This document shows positions 63,494 through 64,000 of a DNA stretch of 64,000 nt, in pieces. The stretch is from Mytilus californianus (lineage: Eukaryota), in NCBI RefSeq assembly GCF_021869535.1, contig NW_026262582.1:38378001-38442000 (forward strand). The letters run 5' to 3'. The position numbers and the translations under genes are program-made. The notes beneath the pieces were generated by a model. That model had not been told where the DNA came from, made no database searches, and was given only the letters and a program-made list of their open reading frames with translations. Each line of letters opens with the position of its first letter. Within the stretch, counting starts at the first letter, position 1.

Positions 63494-64000
63494 ATATATA
63501 TTCAAACTTTATAAGTGAAAAATAATAAGAATAATATTTCTTTTAACACTCATAAATTCTCAATTAGCCTTCTTGCTGTTTTAACAAAATACTTGATGTA
63601 CAGCATTCCATTAAGTATCCCTGTTACATTTATACTGAATATACAGGAAGGAAATTCAGTAAAACTTATTTAATTCTATATAAGTCATCTATAATTACAT
63701 AATAAGCATGATACCATATAAGATAAAAAAAAAATATAAAGATGTTACACACGCTGCATCCTGAAATATACGGAAAATGATTGTTTGTTATACCGTTATC
63801 GATTCTTTGAATATTTGATAACTTAAATCAGTAAATTGAGATATAAATCGATATAAGAAATCTTTTCGTTACCAATGCAGATTAGGGTAAATAATCATTG
63901 TCCTGTATTACACCTTACAAGATTACAATTTTTTTTAATAGTTTATCACTCTTTATCGGTACAATTTAATAAAATTGTTATTTTAGAGCATATCTTTAGA

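Overview
AT-rich eukaryotic genomic DNA, very likely from a bivalve such as Mytilus (inferred from repeat families and gene types; not database-checked). Left half (about 1.3-35 kb): a tandem array of four RING-less TRIM-like genes (2 B-boxes, coiled coil, NHL/6-bladed propeller) in duplicated units. Three copies are multiply broken. Copy 3 is open except for one extra base in an A-run, and copies 1 and 4 carry an extra base at the same site. The repeat unit includes a candidate NF-kB + ISRE promoter and a non-coding first exon. An orphan, antisense, pseudogenised last exon of a bivalve tyrosinase-like gene lies between copies 1 and 2. Right half: a degenerate spliced SAM / C2HC-finger / HECT-like ubiquitin-ligase gene (+) converges on a degenerate IS3-like (IS3EU-type) DDE integrase (-). 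The pair is preceded by a 22-bp repeat array and bracketed by about 1.1-kb inverted arms, so it may be one large transposon carrying an E3 ligase. The window also contains many Penelope-like fragments (three with hammerhead-ribozyme motifs), Helentron-associated non-autonomous elements (HINEs), MITEs with TSDs, and SINE-like repeats. No CRISPR, rRNA or bona fide tRNA gene was seen. All family assignments come from motif recognition by eye, not from searches.
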